Below the pieces are notes generated by a model. It had not been told where the DNA came from. It was given only the letters and a program-made list of their open reading frames with translations, and made no database searches. DNA of 63,437 nucleotides, filler included, from Octopus bimaculoides (Eukaryota), in assembly GCF_001194135.2 (NCBI RefSeq). It is 7 parts of 6 records of this genome, joined end to end, with 100 filler letters (N's around TTAATTAATTAA, not from the genome) between each part and the next. Parts side by side here need not be neighbours in the genome. Positions count along the whole stretch, not along the records: positions 37,510 to 44,458 come from NC_069001.1; positions 44,559 to 56,788 come from NC_068986.1; 5 more parts are not named here. One strand, written 5' to 3'. Position numbers and translations under genes: made by a program. The stretch's first letter is position 1. Each line of letters starts with the position of its first letter. Below, one piece after another: positions 37,510 through 48,525 of this stretch.

Positions 37510-39195
37510 TACGCTCCAGCGTAATCAAAGGGTGACCGGTAGAAGGCACTACGGTCAAGCGATAGTAGATGACGGACGTGATATACGCGTTAGCTACCTC
37601 TGCCCGACCTCTCAAGGATAGCTTTCTCTCGGCCCATTTCTGGGTGAGAGTAGTCACCCTGCTCGTCACCTCGTTCCAGTTTTTGTCCATCTGGAGGTCC
37701 GGACCAAACCAGACCCCGAGCAATTTAACCGGTCCGTCCGTCCAGCGCTCAACGACGCAGTTGGACGGCATGGACTTGCTTTTCCAGGTGCCGAACCGCA
37801 AGCCCACTGATTTTTCCTGGTTAATCATCGCTCCTGAAACTACCTCGTAGTACCTGAGAGCGGTGCTGATCATTTCCATGTGTTTATGATCCGACACCAC
37901 TACGGTGACGTCGTCGACATATGCTGACACGCATCTCCCACATCCCAGGTAACGCGGGATGCTTCTCAACGTCGCCAGTTTGTGTAGTAGTGGATCGAAA
38001 GTCAGTACATACAAGAAAGACGAGAGGAGCTAACCTTGCCGGACGGAGCGCATGATGTTAAACAGCTCTGAGAGGTGATCATTCCCTCTGACCACTGGAC
38101 AGATGTCGCTGTGCATTGCAGCGATCCACTCCTTGAATACAGGCCCGAAATCAGCTGCCTTGAGGACCACTGCCAAGTATAGATGGTCGACGCTATCGAA
38201 AGCTTTATACTGATCTAAATTGATCAGGGCCCCATCNNNNNNNNNNNNNNNNNNNNNNNNNNNNNNNNNNNNNNNNNNNNNNNNNNNNNNNNNNNNNNNN
38301 NNNNNNNNNNNNNNNNNNNNNNNNNNNNNNNNNNNNNNNNNNNNNNNNNNNNNNNNNNNNNNNNNNNNNNNNNNNNNNNNNNNNNNNNNNNNNNNNNNNN
38401 NNNNNNNNNNNNNNNNNNNNNNNNNNNNNNNNNNNNNNNNNNNNNNNNNNNNNNNNNNNNNNNNNNNNNNNNNNNNNNNNNNNNNNNNNNNNNNNNNNNN
38501 NNNNNNNNNNNNNNNNNNNNNNNNNNNNNNNNNNNNNNNNNNNNNNNNNNNNNNNNNNNNNNNNNNNNNNNNNNNNNNNNNNNNNNNNNNNNNNNNNNNN
38601 NNNNNNNNNNNNNNNNNNNNNNNNNNNNNNNNNNNNNNNNNNNNNNNNNNNNNNNNNNNNNNNNNNNNNNNNNNNNNNNNNNNNGTCTGGCATGTAAGCG
38701 TAAAGCTCGTAAGGCAGATCATCCAAACCAGACGATCTACCCCTCGTGCAGCTAGCCTTTGCTTCCCGTATTTCAAAAGCTGTTATCGGCCATTCGTAGC
38801 GCTGCGCCTCCGTCGCTGAGAGCCGCGCCAGTCGGTCGCCGAGAGCCGCGCCAGTCCGTCGCCGAGAGCCGCGCCAGTCCGTCGAGGTAGGACGTGAAAT
38901 CCATCCTGCGACCCGGCTCACCGCAGTTCCCGAACAGTTGAGCGAAGCGCCGCTGAAAAGCCGCACACATCTGTCTCGGATCAGCTATCATTTGCTCGTC
39001 GTGATCCGGCAATAGTCGGATCGTGGATTTATTGCCAATCCGTGCCTCTGCCACTAGGGCCCATTGAACGGCTTTCGCCCCTTCGCGTCTGTGTGCACGT
39101 GCCTTAGTTCTGACAACGCAACCTTCGTGCTTCGCGTTGAAGAATCGCTCGAGTGCCAATTTCGCTGCGAGCACGTCGGTCGCGATGCCTTTTCT
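37510..39195 (-). mobile_element. Tx1/L1-like LINE ORF2 fragment (reverse transcriptase), GC-rich, with internal gap
   Basis: SSGLDDLPYELY; GALINLDQYKAFDSVDH; RSVRQG; AYVDDV; KLLGVWFG; LSLRGRAEVAN. Confidence 0.88.
38812..38884. repeat. 23-bp tandem repeat x3 inside the LINE ORF
   Basis: Unit GTCGCCGAGAGCCGCGCCAGTCC. Confidence 0.9.
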
Positions 39196-39595
39196 AGCCC
39201 TGCCTCAATTCTGTTCTTTCTACAGCTAAAAATAACAACGACGACGATAACGAAAATAATGATGAAATAGATGATGATTATGATGATGATGACCACGAGG
39301 ATCATGACGACGACGACGATGAATTTGAGGTTGATGATTAATAATAATAAAATCTGTCAATGGTAAAGCTATAAAAATAACTTAGAGTCCTCTAACAATA
39401 AGACCTTTATACATACATACATACGTACACACATACAAACATATATACATAACTAAATATGTGTATGTATATGTACGTATGTGTGTATGTATGTATATAC
39501 ATATGTATATGTATATCTATGTGTATGTATATATATATATGTATGTATATATATGCATGTGTGTGTTTGTGTGTGTGCATACAATTTATGTATAT

Positions 39596-39735
39596 ACTCT
39601 TTTACTCTTTTACTTGTTTCAGTCATTTGACTGCGGCCCAAGATGCCACTTGCCCAAGATGCCACGCAGTGGGACTGAACCCGGAACCATGTGGTTAGTA
39701 AGCAAGCTACTTACCACACAGCCACTCCTGCGCCT
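39596..39735 (-). mobile_element. SINE family A deletion derivative (head fused to tail)
   Basis: High-fidelity head (…CTTACCACACAGCCACTCCTGCGCC) directly joined to the tail (TTTTACTTGTTTCAGTCATTTGACTGCGGCC). Confidence 0.85.
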
Positions 39736-40657
39736 GATTATTTTTCTATTGCCTTATGTTTATTATTGTCTCACTTCTTACTACTGATAATCATATAACA
39801 CTAGTATTTANNNNNNNNNNNNNNNNNNNNNNNNNNNNNNNNNNNNNNNNNNNNNNNNNNNNNNNNNNNNNNNNNNNNNNNNNNNNNNNNNNNNNNNNNN
39901 NNNNNNNNNNNNNNNNNNNNNNNNNNNNNNNNNNNNNNNNNNNNNNNNNNNNNNNNNNNNNNNNNNNNNNNNNNNNNNNNNNNNNNNNNNNNNNNNNNNN
40001 NNNNNNNNNNNNTATATATATATATATGACACTAGTATTTAACTATTTATATAGTCAATTATTCCATCACCTTGGCTATAACGATAATTTATATTTGGAA
40101 ATTATTTAGATACTAACAATGTTTATACAATATTTAGGAATAAGAATATTTTTTAGTGTATCTACCTGTGTTATAGCTATAATAATGTATTTTAAACAAT
40201 ATTTAATCAATGCATATTAATATTGCTTTTCTATATACTTAACTTATATGCTTTAATCTATCCTAATTTGCAATACTAGATTATATTAATGTTATCCTAC
40301 ATTATAACCTATTGTCTGTTTACTTTTATATCTGATCCTTTAATCTTTACTGTAATATTTTTTTGTAAACTCTGTCTCTATAAATACACGAATTTCCTCT
40401 CTTTGTACCAAAACTATCTAATAATTATTTCTTGAAATCTTGATGGATCTTCCTTTTCATCTTGGAAGAACTTTTCATTGATTTATGTTGATTTTATTCT
40501 CATTGCTTTCCATACTTTCTATGAATTTAAAAAAATATCTACTTATACTTTCATATTTCTAATTTTTGAAAAATTTAATATTGTTCATATTTACTTGATA
40601 TCAGTACCTATATTTCGTAAATATTGTTTCTAAACACTTTTATTTAGTTTTAGTTTA

Positions 40658-40716
<59 letters not shown>

Positions 40717-40737
40717 ATAATAATAATAATAATAATA
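40658..40737. repeat. Compound (TAC)n(TAA)n microsatellite
   Basis: Direct sequence. Confidence 0.95.
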
Positions 40738-41205
40738 TTTCCCTCTATGTTTACGAACTTTCATTTTCTAGATTTTTAGTAATAAATATATCTCTTTTCT
40801 TTTATTGTACTAATAACATCTACTAATTACTTTTTAATTATATTACTAAAATTCCCTTCCATTTATTAGAAAATCCTTTTATCAATTTATATCAATTTTA
40901 TAATTATTGTCTTCCATAATATTTAAACATTTTGACTTTGCGTTTCTATAATGTTATGTCGAGAATCTGCTATTTAAGAAAGACTTTTTTCACTTGAAGA
41001 CGTAAACTTAAATTCTGCATCATTTTGAAAGATTTTGCATTTTACATCAATGTAGGCATGTAAGTAATATATTTATTACTAAATATAATAAAATAAATTA
41101 TTTACATGCTTTTAAGTTACGAAACAATTTGTCGTGATATTAGAATTTTCTTATTGTTAAATAAAATTTCATCAAACTATTTTCTTCATTGTATGACTAT
41201 ATATA

Positions 41206-41900
41206 TAATTGAAAAGATTGGAGTCAACAGGAAGGGGTACGGTTAGACATTTATTTTTTAATCACTACAATTGTTTAGACGCAACGTAGTTCTCCAGCTG
41301 AGCAGGTACTTAATTATGGAAATGTTTCCCTCCATTATAAGATCTTGTTGCGTAAGTTTAAAATACTCGGTATCAAGAGATCCTCTCTGTCTGTTGTGGC
41401 CTGATTTTAGTAGTAGTCACTTAGCTCATCAGGGTGCTTCTTATGTGCCCGAGCATTGAATCTTAAAGGCCAGCTAAAGACAATAGCATGTGTAACCAAC
41501 CACGAAGAACAAACCAGCAGTACAAAGAAATAAAATATCAATCCCTTTAAAGCAGCAACCACTTTAACAGTACCAAAATCCCCATCCCACTACATCTACG
41601 CATTAAAAGCCGTCTGTCAACGACACTTCAGCAACAAAGCATCCTGATGAGCAAAGTGACTACTACAAAATTCAAGCCACGACAGACAGAGAGGATGTTC
41701 TTGAAGTCGAAGATTTTAAACTTACGGAAACAATATTTACATATCGCCTGAGGAAACACAACTAGGTCTCATAATGCAGGGAAACGCTTGCATAATTAAG
41801 AACCTGCACAGCTGGAGACCTACACTGCGGCTAAACAATTGTAGTGATTAAAAAATAAATGTCCAACTGTACTCCTTGTTGACTCCAATCTTTTCAATTA
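41206..41900. repeat. Long inverted repeat (~250-bp arms, ~160-bp spacer)
   Basis: TAATTGAAAAGATTGGAGTCAAC...GCTCATCAGG is mirrored by CCTGATGAGC...GTTGACTCCAATCTTTTCAATTA; roughly 80% identity with one ~25-bp indel. Confidence 0.9.
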
Positions 41901-42120
41901 CCTATTCACACACGACAGATGCCCAAACGCAAATCTGGAAGTACGTACAATACTACTACTGGATAGTATAGGGTAAATCTGAAGGTGGGATGAGCTCTAT
42001 ACTGTACTCTACTACGTTCTTTACAGAATATACCTTAACTATATATATATATATATATATATCTCGTCAGAGTTCATATATCCGCAAAAGAAGAACACTT
42101 TAAAGTATTAGAGCAGTAAT

Positions 42121-42354
42121 GTATTTTTTAGGAAGTTAAAAGTTATGGCCAGTGACCATTGGTTTCGTATCTATAAAAAGCGCTTAGCAGTATAGGAGGC
42201 TCATCAGACCAAAATGGTTGAAGGCGCATAACCTCTGTAATGTGCCTTCAGTCATTTGAGCGTGATGAGTCGCCTATACTGCTAAGCGCTTTTATAGGTG
42301 CGAAACTAATGATCGTTCTATGACCGGCCATAACTTTTAACTTCCTAAATAACA
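42121..42354. repeat. Foldback element (~110-bp arms, ~12-nt loop)
   Basis: TTTAGGAAGTTAAAAGTTATGGCC...AAAAGCGCTTAGCAGTATAGG..TGAAGGC is mirrored by GCCTTCA..CCTATACTGCTAAGCGCTTTT...GGCCATAACTTTTAACTTCCTAAA. Confidence 0.9.
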
Positions 42355-42423
42355 CACACACAAATATATGCATACTTATGTATGTGTGTGTGTGTATTTA
42401 TATACATATATATATGCATGTAT

Positions 42424-42580
42424 ATAAAAGTTTAAATAATGAGGGTAGAAATTATTATTATTAAATAATATTAATTTAAACCAATGGCCAGCATACTATC
42501 AATTCGACTCTCCATGCATAAATAATTTAATTAATATTATGTAATAATATCAATTTATACCCTCATTATTTAAATTTTAA
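42424..42580. repeat. AT-rich inverted-repeat element (~55-bp arms), MITE-like
   Basis: TTTAAATAATGAGGGTA.AAATT..TATTA.. is mirrored by ..TAATA..AATTT.TACCCTCATTATTTAAA. Confidence 0.8.
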
Positions 42581-43004
42581 ATAGTCATGTTCTCTAGCCA
42601 GTGGATTCGCTGCGGAGATTTATTAATGTGTAGAGTTCTTTCTGGTTTGGCACGCTAGTATTTGGACGGATATTTAGATGCATAACTGGTAGAACTCTAT
42701 ACGCACGTGCTCTATCAAAGAGGCGATTGGTATCTAGTTCCATTGTTTATGTGTCTGCGGCGATCTCACTGATGAGCTACAGATAATTATTTATAAAATC
42801 ATTAATAGCGAAATCTTAGGGTATGAGATTAACTGCTTTCTTTTGTTTCCTATCATTTGTCTTGCTCGCAGACATCTAGCATATGCTAATTTTGAGAACA
42901 TATTCTTCGTGGTAAGATGATTTGGCGTCTGTTTCTAGTATATTAGGAAGCCACCTGGTGGTTCTTCCTCTTATTTATGTATGCATGTATGTATGTATGT
43001 ATAG

Positions 43005-43170
43005 GATGGGCTTCTTTCATCTTCCGTCTGCCAAATCTACTCACAAGGCTTTGATCAAGTCGGCCCGGGGCTATGGAAGTCACTTACTCAAGGTGCCATA
43101 CAGTGGGACTGAACTCGAAGCCATGTGGTTGGGAAGCAAGCTTCTTATTAACAAGGCAATGCCTGCTTCT
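43005..43170 (-). mobile_element. SINE family A 5' half
   Basis: CCAAATCTACTCACAAGGCTTTG...CAAGGTGCCATACAGTGGGACTGAAC..CCATGTGGTTGGGAAGCAAG. Confidence 0.8.
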
Positions 43171-43474
43171 CTCTACTTCATCCACTTTTACTAACATCAA
43201 ACTAGAGATAAACTAAATATTTATCTAATTGCGCCAATGCGTTTATCTGTTCTAATTTAAGGTCATGTTTCCCACTTCAACTGACCCAATTAATTTGGCA
43301 GTTCACCATTAATTAACCTTTTCAGTTTTTGGCATCAAATTCTTTCTTTTTATTCTTCGTTTTCTTCTTTGCTTATTCCACTTCTTGTCCATCCTTAAAA
43401 ATAAAAAAAAAACGAATATTTGTTGGGATTTATATCGCAGATGGAAAAGAATTGATTACGAACTAATCAACTAT

Positions 43475-43523
43475 CTTCTTCTTCTTCTTCTTCTTCTTCT
43501 TCTTCTTCTTCTTCTTCTTCTTC
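43475..43523. repeat. (CTT)n microsatellite abutting a gap
   Basis: Direct sequence. Confidence 0.95.
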
Positions 43524-43985
43524 NNNNNNNNNNNNNNNNNNNNNNNNNNNNNNNNNNNNNNNNNNNNNNNNNNNNNNNNNNNNNNNNNNNNNNNNNNNNN
43601 NNNNNNNNNNNNNNNNNNNNNNNNNNNNNNNNNNNNNNNNNNNNNNNNNNNNNNNNNNNNNNNNNNNNNNNNNNNNNNNNNNCTACTTATCATCATCATC
43701 ATCGTTTTCTTCCCTATATTCGTCATCATAAGCTTCATCTTCTCCAACAAACATTTCCATTTATAAATTCTATGCCCAATAATTATATCTAAATTTAGGG
43801 ATGAGCAATACCATAAGGAATCTCTTACAATGCTCTACCATTTGGCTTCATTTATTTATCAACCAAGGAAGGATAAAAGTGCATACATGCTTTACATGAA
43901 CTCAAGGAACACAGAACCGGAAAAAATACAGGCAAAGTATTCTACCAGGTGCTCGAACAATTCTATCATTTCGACTCTTCATGCG

Positions 43986-44024
<39 letters not shown>

Positions 44025-44025
44025 G

Positions 44026-44076
<51 letters not shown>

Positions 44077-44339
44077 GTGTGTATGTGTGTATGTGTGTAT
44101 GTGTGTGTGTGTGTTGCAAACAACTTGGGGATGCAAGTGCTACCAATTGAAAGCTCCGCATACAGGATCCTAGCAAGATTGTGGGATCATCATAGAGAAT
44201 GTGTGCTGTTTCGGACCCTACCTCTCGACAGCATCATTGCACATCGCCTCTCTCCATTGAAATGAGGCCCCGCTTGCTAGATCAGCTGGTTATCATGTTT
44301 CGCACAATATTCTTCTAGCCATTGCTCATCGTCTCTTTT

Positions 44340-44387
<48 letters not shown>

Positions 44388-44589
44388 TAGGAAAATATAT
44401 ATAGGGTAGAGAAATTAGAGAAATTTTCTACCAGTGGCTAGCATGCATAAAATAGTCANNNNNNNNNNNNNNNNNNNNNNNNNNNNNNNNNNNNNNNNNN
44501 NNTTAATTAATTAANNNNNNNNNNNNNNNNNNNNNNNNNNNNNNNNNNNNNNNNNNNNATATATATATATATATATACACACACATACA

Positions 44590-44990
44590 TAGCTTTACTT
44601 TTACCTTTTACTTTTTTCAGTTATTAGACTGCGGCCATGCTGGAGCGCTGCTCTTGAAGAAGAAATTAAACTCAGTACTCACTTTTTATGCTATTTACAG
44701 GGACATCAAAAAGCCACCATCAGTTGTCAAGCAGTGGGTGGAGGATAAACGCAAATACAAAGACACAAGCATACCGTTTTACTACCGTTTTTAACCACAG
44801 GAAGAGCCTCCTCCAGCTGGTTGTCGATGCTATCTTTCAGTTTCCATCTACCAGATTCACTCACAAATATTCAGTCGGCGCATAGCTATAGCAGAAGACA
44901 CTTGTCCAAGGTGCAGATGCTACAATGAGGGACTGAATTTTGAGCCATTTGGTTAGGGAGCAAGCTTCTTACCACACAGTTACACATTCA
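44590..44990 (-). mobile_element. SINE family A, diverged near-full-length copy
   Basis: Tail GACTGCGGCCATGCTGGAGC through head GGGACTGAA..GCAAGCTTCTTACCACACAG. Confidence 0.75.
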
Positions 44991-45335
44991 CCACATATAT
45001 ATATATGGAAAAAAGACAAAGTAGAAAATGCTAAAATACTTTTATAAAGAATATTACAGAACCGGTTTCGATTCTTGAGATCTTTTCAACAGTAAATATG
45101 AATAATAGATTTTTGAAACATTATTGATAAATTAAATTTTGGTAAATTTAAAAGAAAAGTCTTTTTAAAGACATATTTGTATAGTATTCAAGTAACAGCG
45201 GCATTTTTCTTGATTCTGCCTGTCTCTGTCTCACTTGTTAACTCTTGTGGGTTCGAAGGACTATATATAGTCTAATGACAGAAACAAGTAAAAGATAGGG
45301 ACACCAAAAAAGTCATGTATTTTCAAGTAAATAGT

Positions 45336-45421
45336 ATGACATCATATCACAGATAGTTTACAGGCCATGGCATCATATCACAGATAGTTTACAGGCCATG
45401 ACATCATATCACAGATAGTTT
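45336..45421. repeat. 31-bp tandem repeat, ~2.8 copies
   Basis: Unit ATGACATCATATCACAGATAGTTTACAGGCC. Confidence 0.9.
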
Positions 45422-46523
45422 TCACGGTGGTGCATCAGCATGGCCGCAGCTCTGAGCTGAAACTTTGAAAAGAAAAATGAAAAGACAAAAAGGCCAATAA
45501 AAGTTGTCCTTGCAATCACCTAATTATTATAGAGTTAATGATGAAATATAATGTCGACACGCGCTGTGTGTATATGCTCAATCTGATAGCCTGTGGATTG
45601 GAAGGACGGTAGCGAGCTGCATTTTCCGCATTACATGCTTTACAAATCCTCTAAGGGCCAAAATATAACGCGGGCATTGAAAAACATATGTACTCTATAT
45701 CCTGATTATGTGAGTGTTCAGAAATGCCAATGGTAGTTTAACAAAATCAAAAACGTAGAATTCGATCGTTTAGATAGGTATCGATCAAAAACAGCAGTGA
45801 AAATGGCTGTTAAAGTGGATTGACGTCAAAATGTCGCTTACTTATCACGGAGGTCTAATAAACCTTGGTCCACTGTGCAACATCTTCTCAAGCAGATTGG
45901 TAAAGTATATAGAAAAAGGAAGTGTGTACCTTATGTACTGTCCCTCGAGAATAAAGTTGTGTGTTCAACAAAATAACCCAAGATAAATTTTCACTTATTC
46001 AGGTCACTTGAACAATATGTGAGTATGTATGGGTGGGTGATATGTCTTTGTCTGTACAGAGATAGATAGATACGTACATAAATGCATACACATACATACA
46101 TATCTACATACATACCTACATGCATGCATGCATGCATGCATCCATCCATCCATACATACATACATAGGTAGGTAAAGAGAGAGAAAGAAGGTAAACATTA
46201 AAAGAGGAGAAGCTATGAGAGAGTAAAAGAAAATGTCAAAATTGGGAAACAAAAATGGTGGAAGAAAAGGATAGTATCGTTTAAAATCTATAAACTGAGA
46301 GGCATATTAGAAATGGAAGAAATGAAAAAGAGAAGGAGTGATGTAGAGAGTATGTGTGAGAAAGAGAGAAACAGAGAAGAGGTGAAGTAGGTAGAGGAGA
46401 AGGATGAGTGGCGAGTAAGAAACATGAGAATGAAGTTAAAGAAAAGTCTTAAAAGAGTGAGAGAGAGAGAGAAGGGGAGAGAGAGAAAGAGAGAGAAAGA
46501 GAGTGCGGGAGACAGAGGAGAAA

Positions 46524-46554
<31 letters not shown>

Positions 46555-47419
46555 AAATTGGCAAGGAAGAAGGCGTACGTGTAGAAGGAAGAGGAAAGTT
46601 AGTGAGAAGATTACGGTTGTTTGTAATTTAGTCGTTTCCAAGAAACACAACGAGGAGGGAGATAGAAAATCTGTTCATACTACTTCAAGCTTGCTTGACA
46701 ACAACAGCAACAATAATGGTAATGACACACTTTTGATAAAACAAACAATGACCGCAGCGACAACAACAACAGCAACTGCAGCAGCACCAATAAAAAGCAG
46801 CAACAACAACAAGAATAACAACGACGTCGAAGTATGCGGTGAGGACGACTGCATGGGCGTCGACGTGAATCATTTGGCTGGTTGATAATAATGATTGCCT
46901 CCAATTCCACTTTCAGAAAGCCTTCCGTCGAATACATCCTTCTCTAACGACATTCTGTGTCAGTGTGACACAAAATGTGTCAAGGCTGGCCTTTTGAAAT
47001 ACAAGTACTACTCATTTTGCCAGCTGAGTGGACTGGAGCAACGTGAAATAAAGCGTCTTGCTCAAGGACACAATGCGTTGCTGGGAATCTATGTATAATA
47101 CAATAATAACAATCCAGCCAGTTTGCCGCATGATGGAGAACTCAAGACTTGTCTTCTCCAGGGTAATATTCCTCACCTAAAATATCCGAGGATATATATA
47201 TATAAAAATTGTAGTGAAGCTCTATGGTTTGAACCAACATTCAGTTTACCTTTTAGGCCTCCACCTAAATTGTTCTTCAATATTCTAAAATTAAATTTCC
47301 TTCCTCATCATAAATACCACTCCATGCTTAACACGTCCCCATTTAAGCTTTTTTATTCCACCACACCTGATTAGGATCCTTAAACGGACGGAAATCACTT
47401 TTTCCAGCAACAGTATTAA

Positions 47420-47772
47420 TTATCTTTTATCATGTTTCAGTTACTATACCGCGTCGAAGAATTTTGTCGACCTAATCGACCCCAGTACTTATTTTCTTTT
47501 TTTAAAATCTTGTACTTATTCAATCACTCTGTTTTGCCGAACCGCTAATGTTACGGAGACGTAAACCTGTGGTCCAGTGGTGGTGAGGTACAAACACAAG
47601 CAGAAAGATACACACACACACGCACACACACACATATTTATATGACTGTCTACCAAATCCACTCACAAGGCTATAATAGAAGACACTTGCCTTAGATGCC
47701 ACGCAGTGACAGTGAACCAGGAGTCATGTGACTGGGAAGCAAACGTTTTACCACACAACCATACCTGCGCAT
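47420..47772 (-). mobile_element. SINE family A copy
   Basis: TTGCCGAACCGCTAA.GTTACGG.GACGTAAAC...CCAAATCCACTCACAAGGC..GAAGACACTTGCC..GATGCCACGCAGTG..TTACCACACAACCATACCTGCGC. Confidence 0.8.
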
Positions 47773-47849
47773 AATGGTAACGATTGTAAAAATACAAATT
47801 AAGTGGATAGTCATAATCCTAAATATAGTAATGACATAAATAATAGAGA

Positions 47850-48525
47850 TAAGAGCTCTTTCTAATTTAGGCTCATGGGCAGCAATCTTCGGACGAGGAG
47901 AATAATCAGTTACATCGACTCCAGAACTTCACTGGTACATAATTTCATCGATAGCAAAAAGAGAAAAGTTGATCTCGGCGGAAGTTGGCCTCGGCGGAAT
48001 TTGACTTCGGCGGGAGTTAGCCCCGGTCGAAGTTGAACTCAGAGCGAAAAAAACCCGAAGAAATGCCGCTAAGCATGTTCTTCGATGCGTTAACTATTCT
48101 CTCGCTCTCCGCCTTGATTACAATAATAATAATAATCCTATCCATTATGGGCACAAATGCTCGACTGGTACTTAATTTATCGACTCCGAAAGGATGAAAG
48201 TTAAAGTCGAGCTCAGCAGGATATAAAGACAGACGAAATGCCGCTAAGTATTTTGCCCGGTGTCCAACAATTTTATCAGCTCATCCCCTTTATGGTGATG
48301 ATGATAACGGTTTCAAATTTTGCGACAAGGGAAGAAATTTCGGAGGAGGGGACTAGTCGATTACATCGACCCCAGTGTTTCACTGGTACTTAATTTATCG
48401 ATCTCGAAAGGATGAAAAGTAAAGTCGACCTTGGCGGAATTTGAACTCAGAAAGTAGCAGCAGACAAAGTAACAATAAGCATTTCGCCTGGCGTGCTAAC
48501 GATTCTGCAACCTCGACGACTTTAT
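47850..48525 (-). mobile_element. Cluster of three head-to-tail SINE family B copies
   Basis: Three successive ACTGGTAC.TAATTT.ATCGA...GAAATGCCGCTAAG/GCATTTCG units, at ~47850-48120, ~48150-48295 and ~48310-48525, separated by (AAT)n/(GAT)n. Confidence 0.85.

Noticed and set aside
40100-41100. Very AT-rich stretch with faint resemblance to an R2/R4/NeSL-type LINE 3' region (SRHN-like motif on minus)
   Set aside because: Too degenerate to support by eye; needs an HMM search.
46424-46937. ORFs rich in RE repeats and poly-Asn/Thr/Cys
   Set aside because: Derived from (GA)n and (CAA/CAG)n low-complexity tracts.
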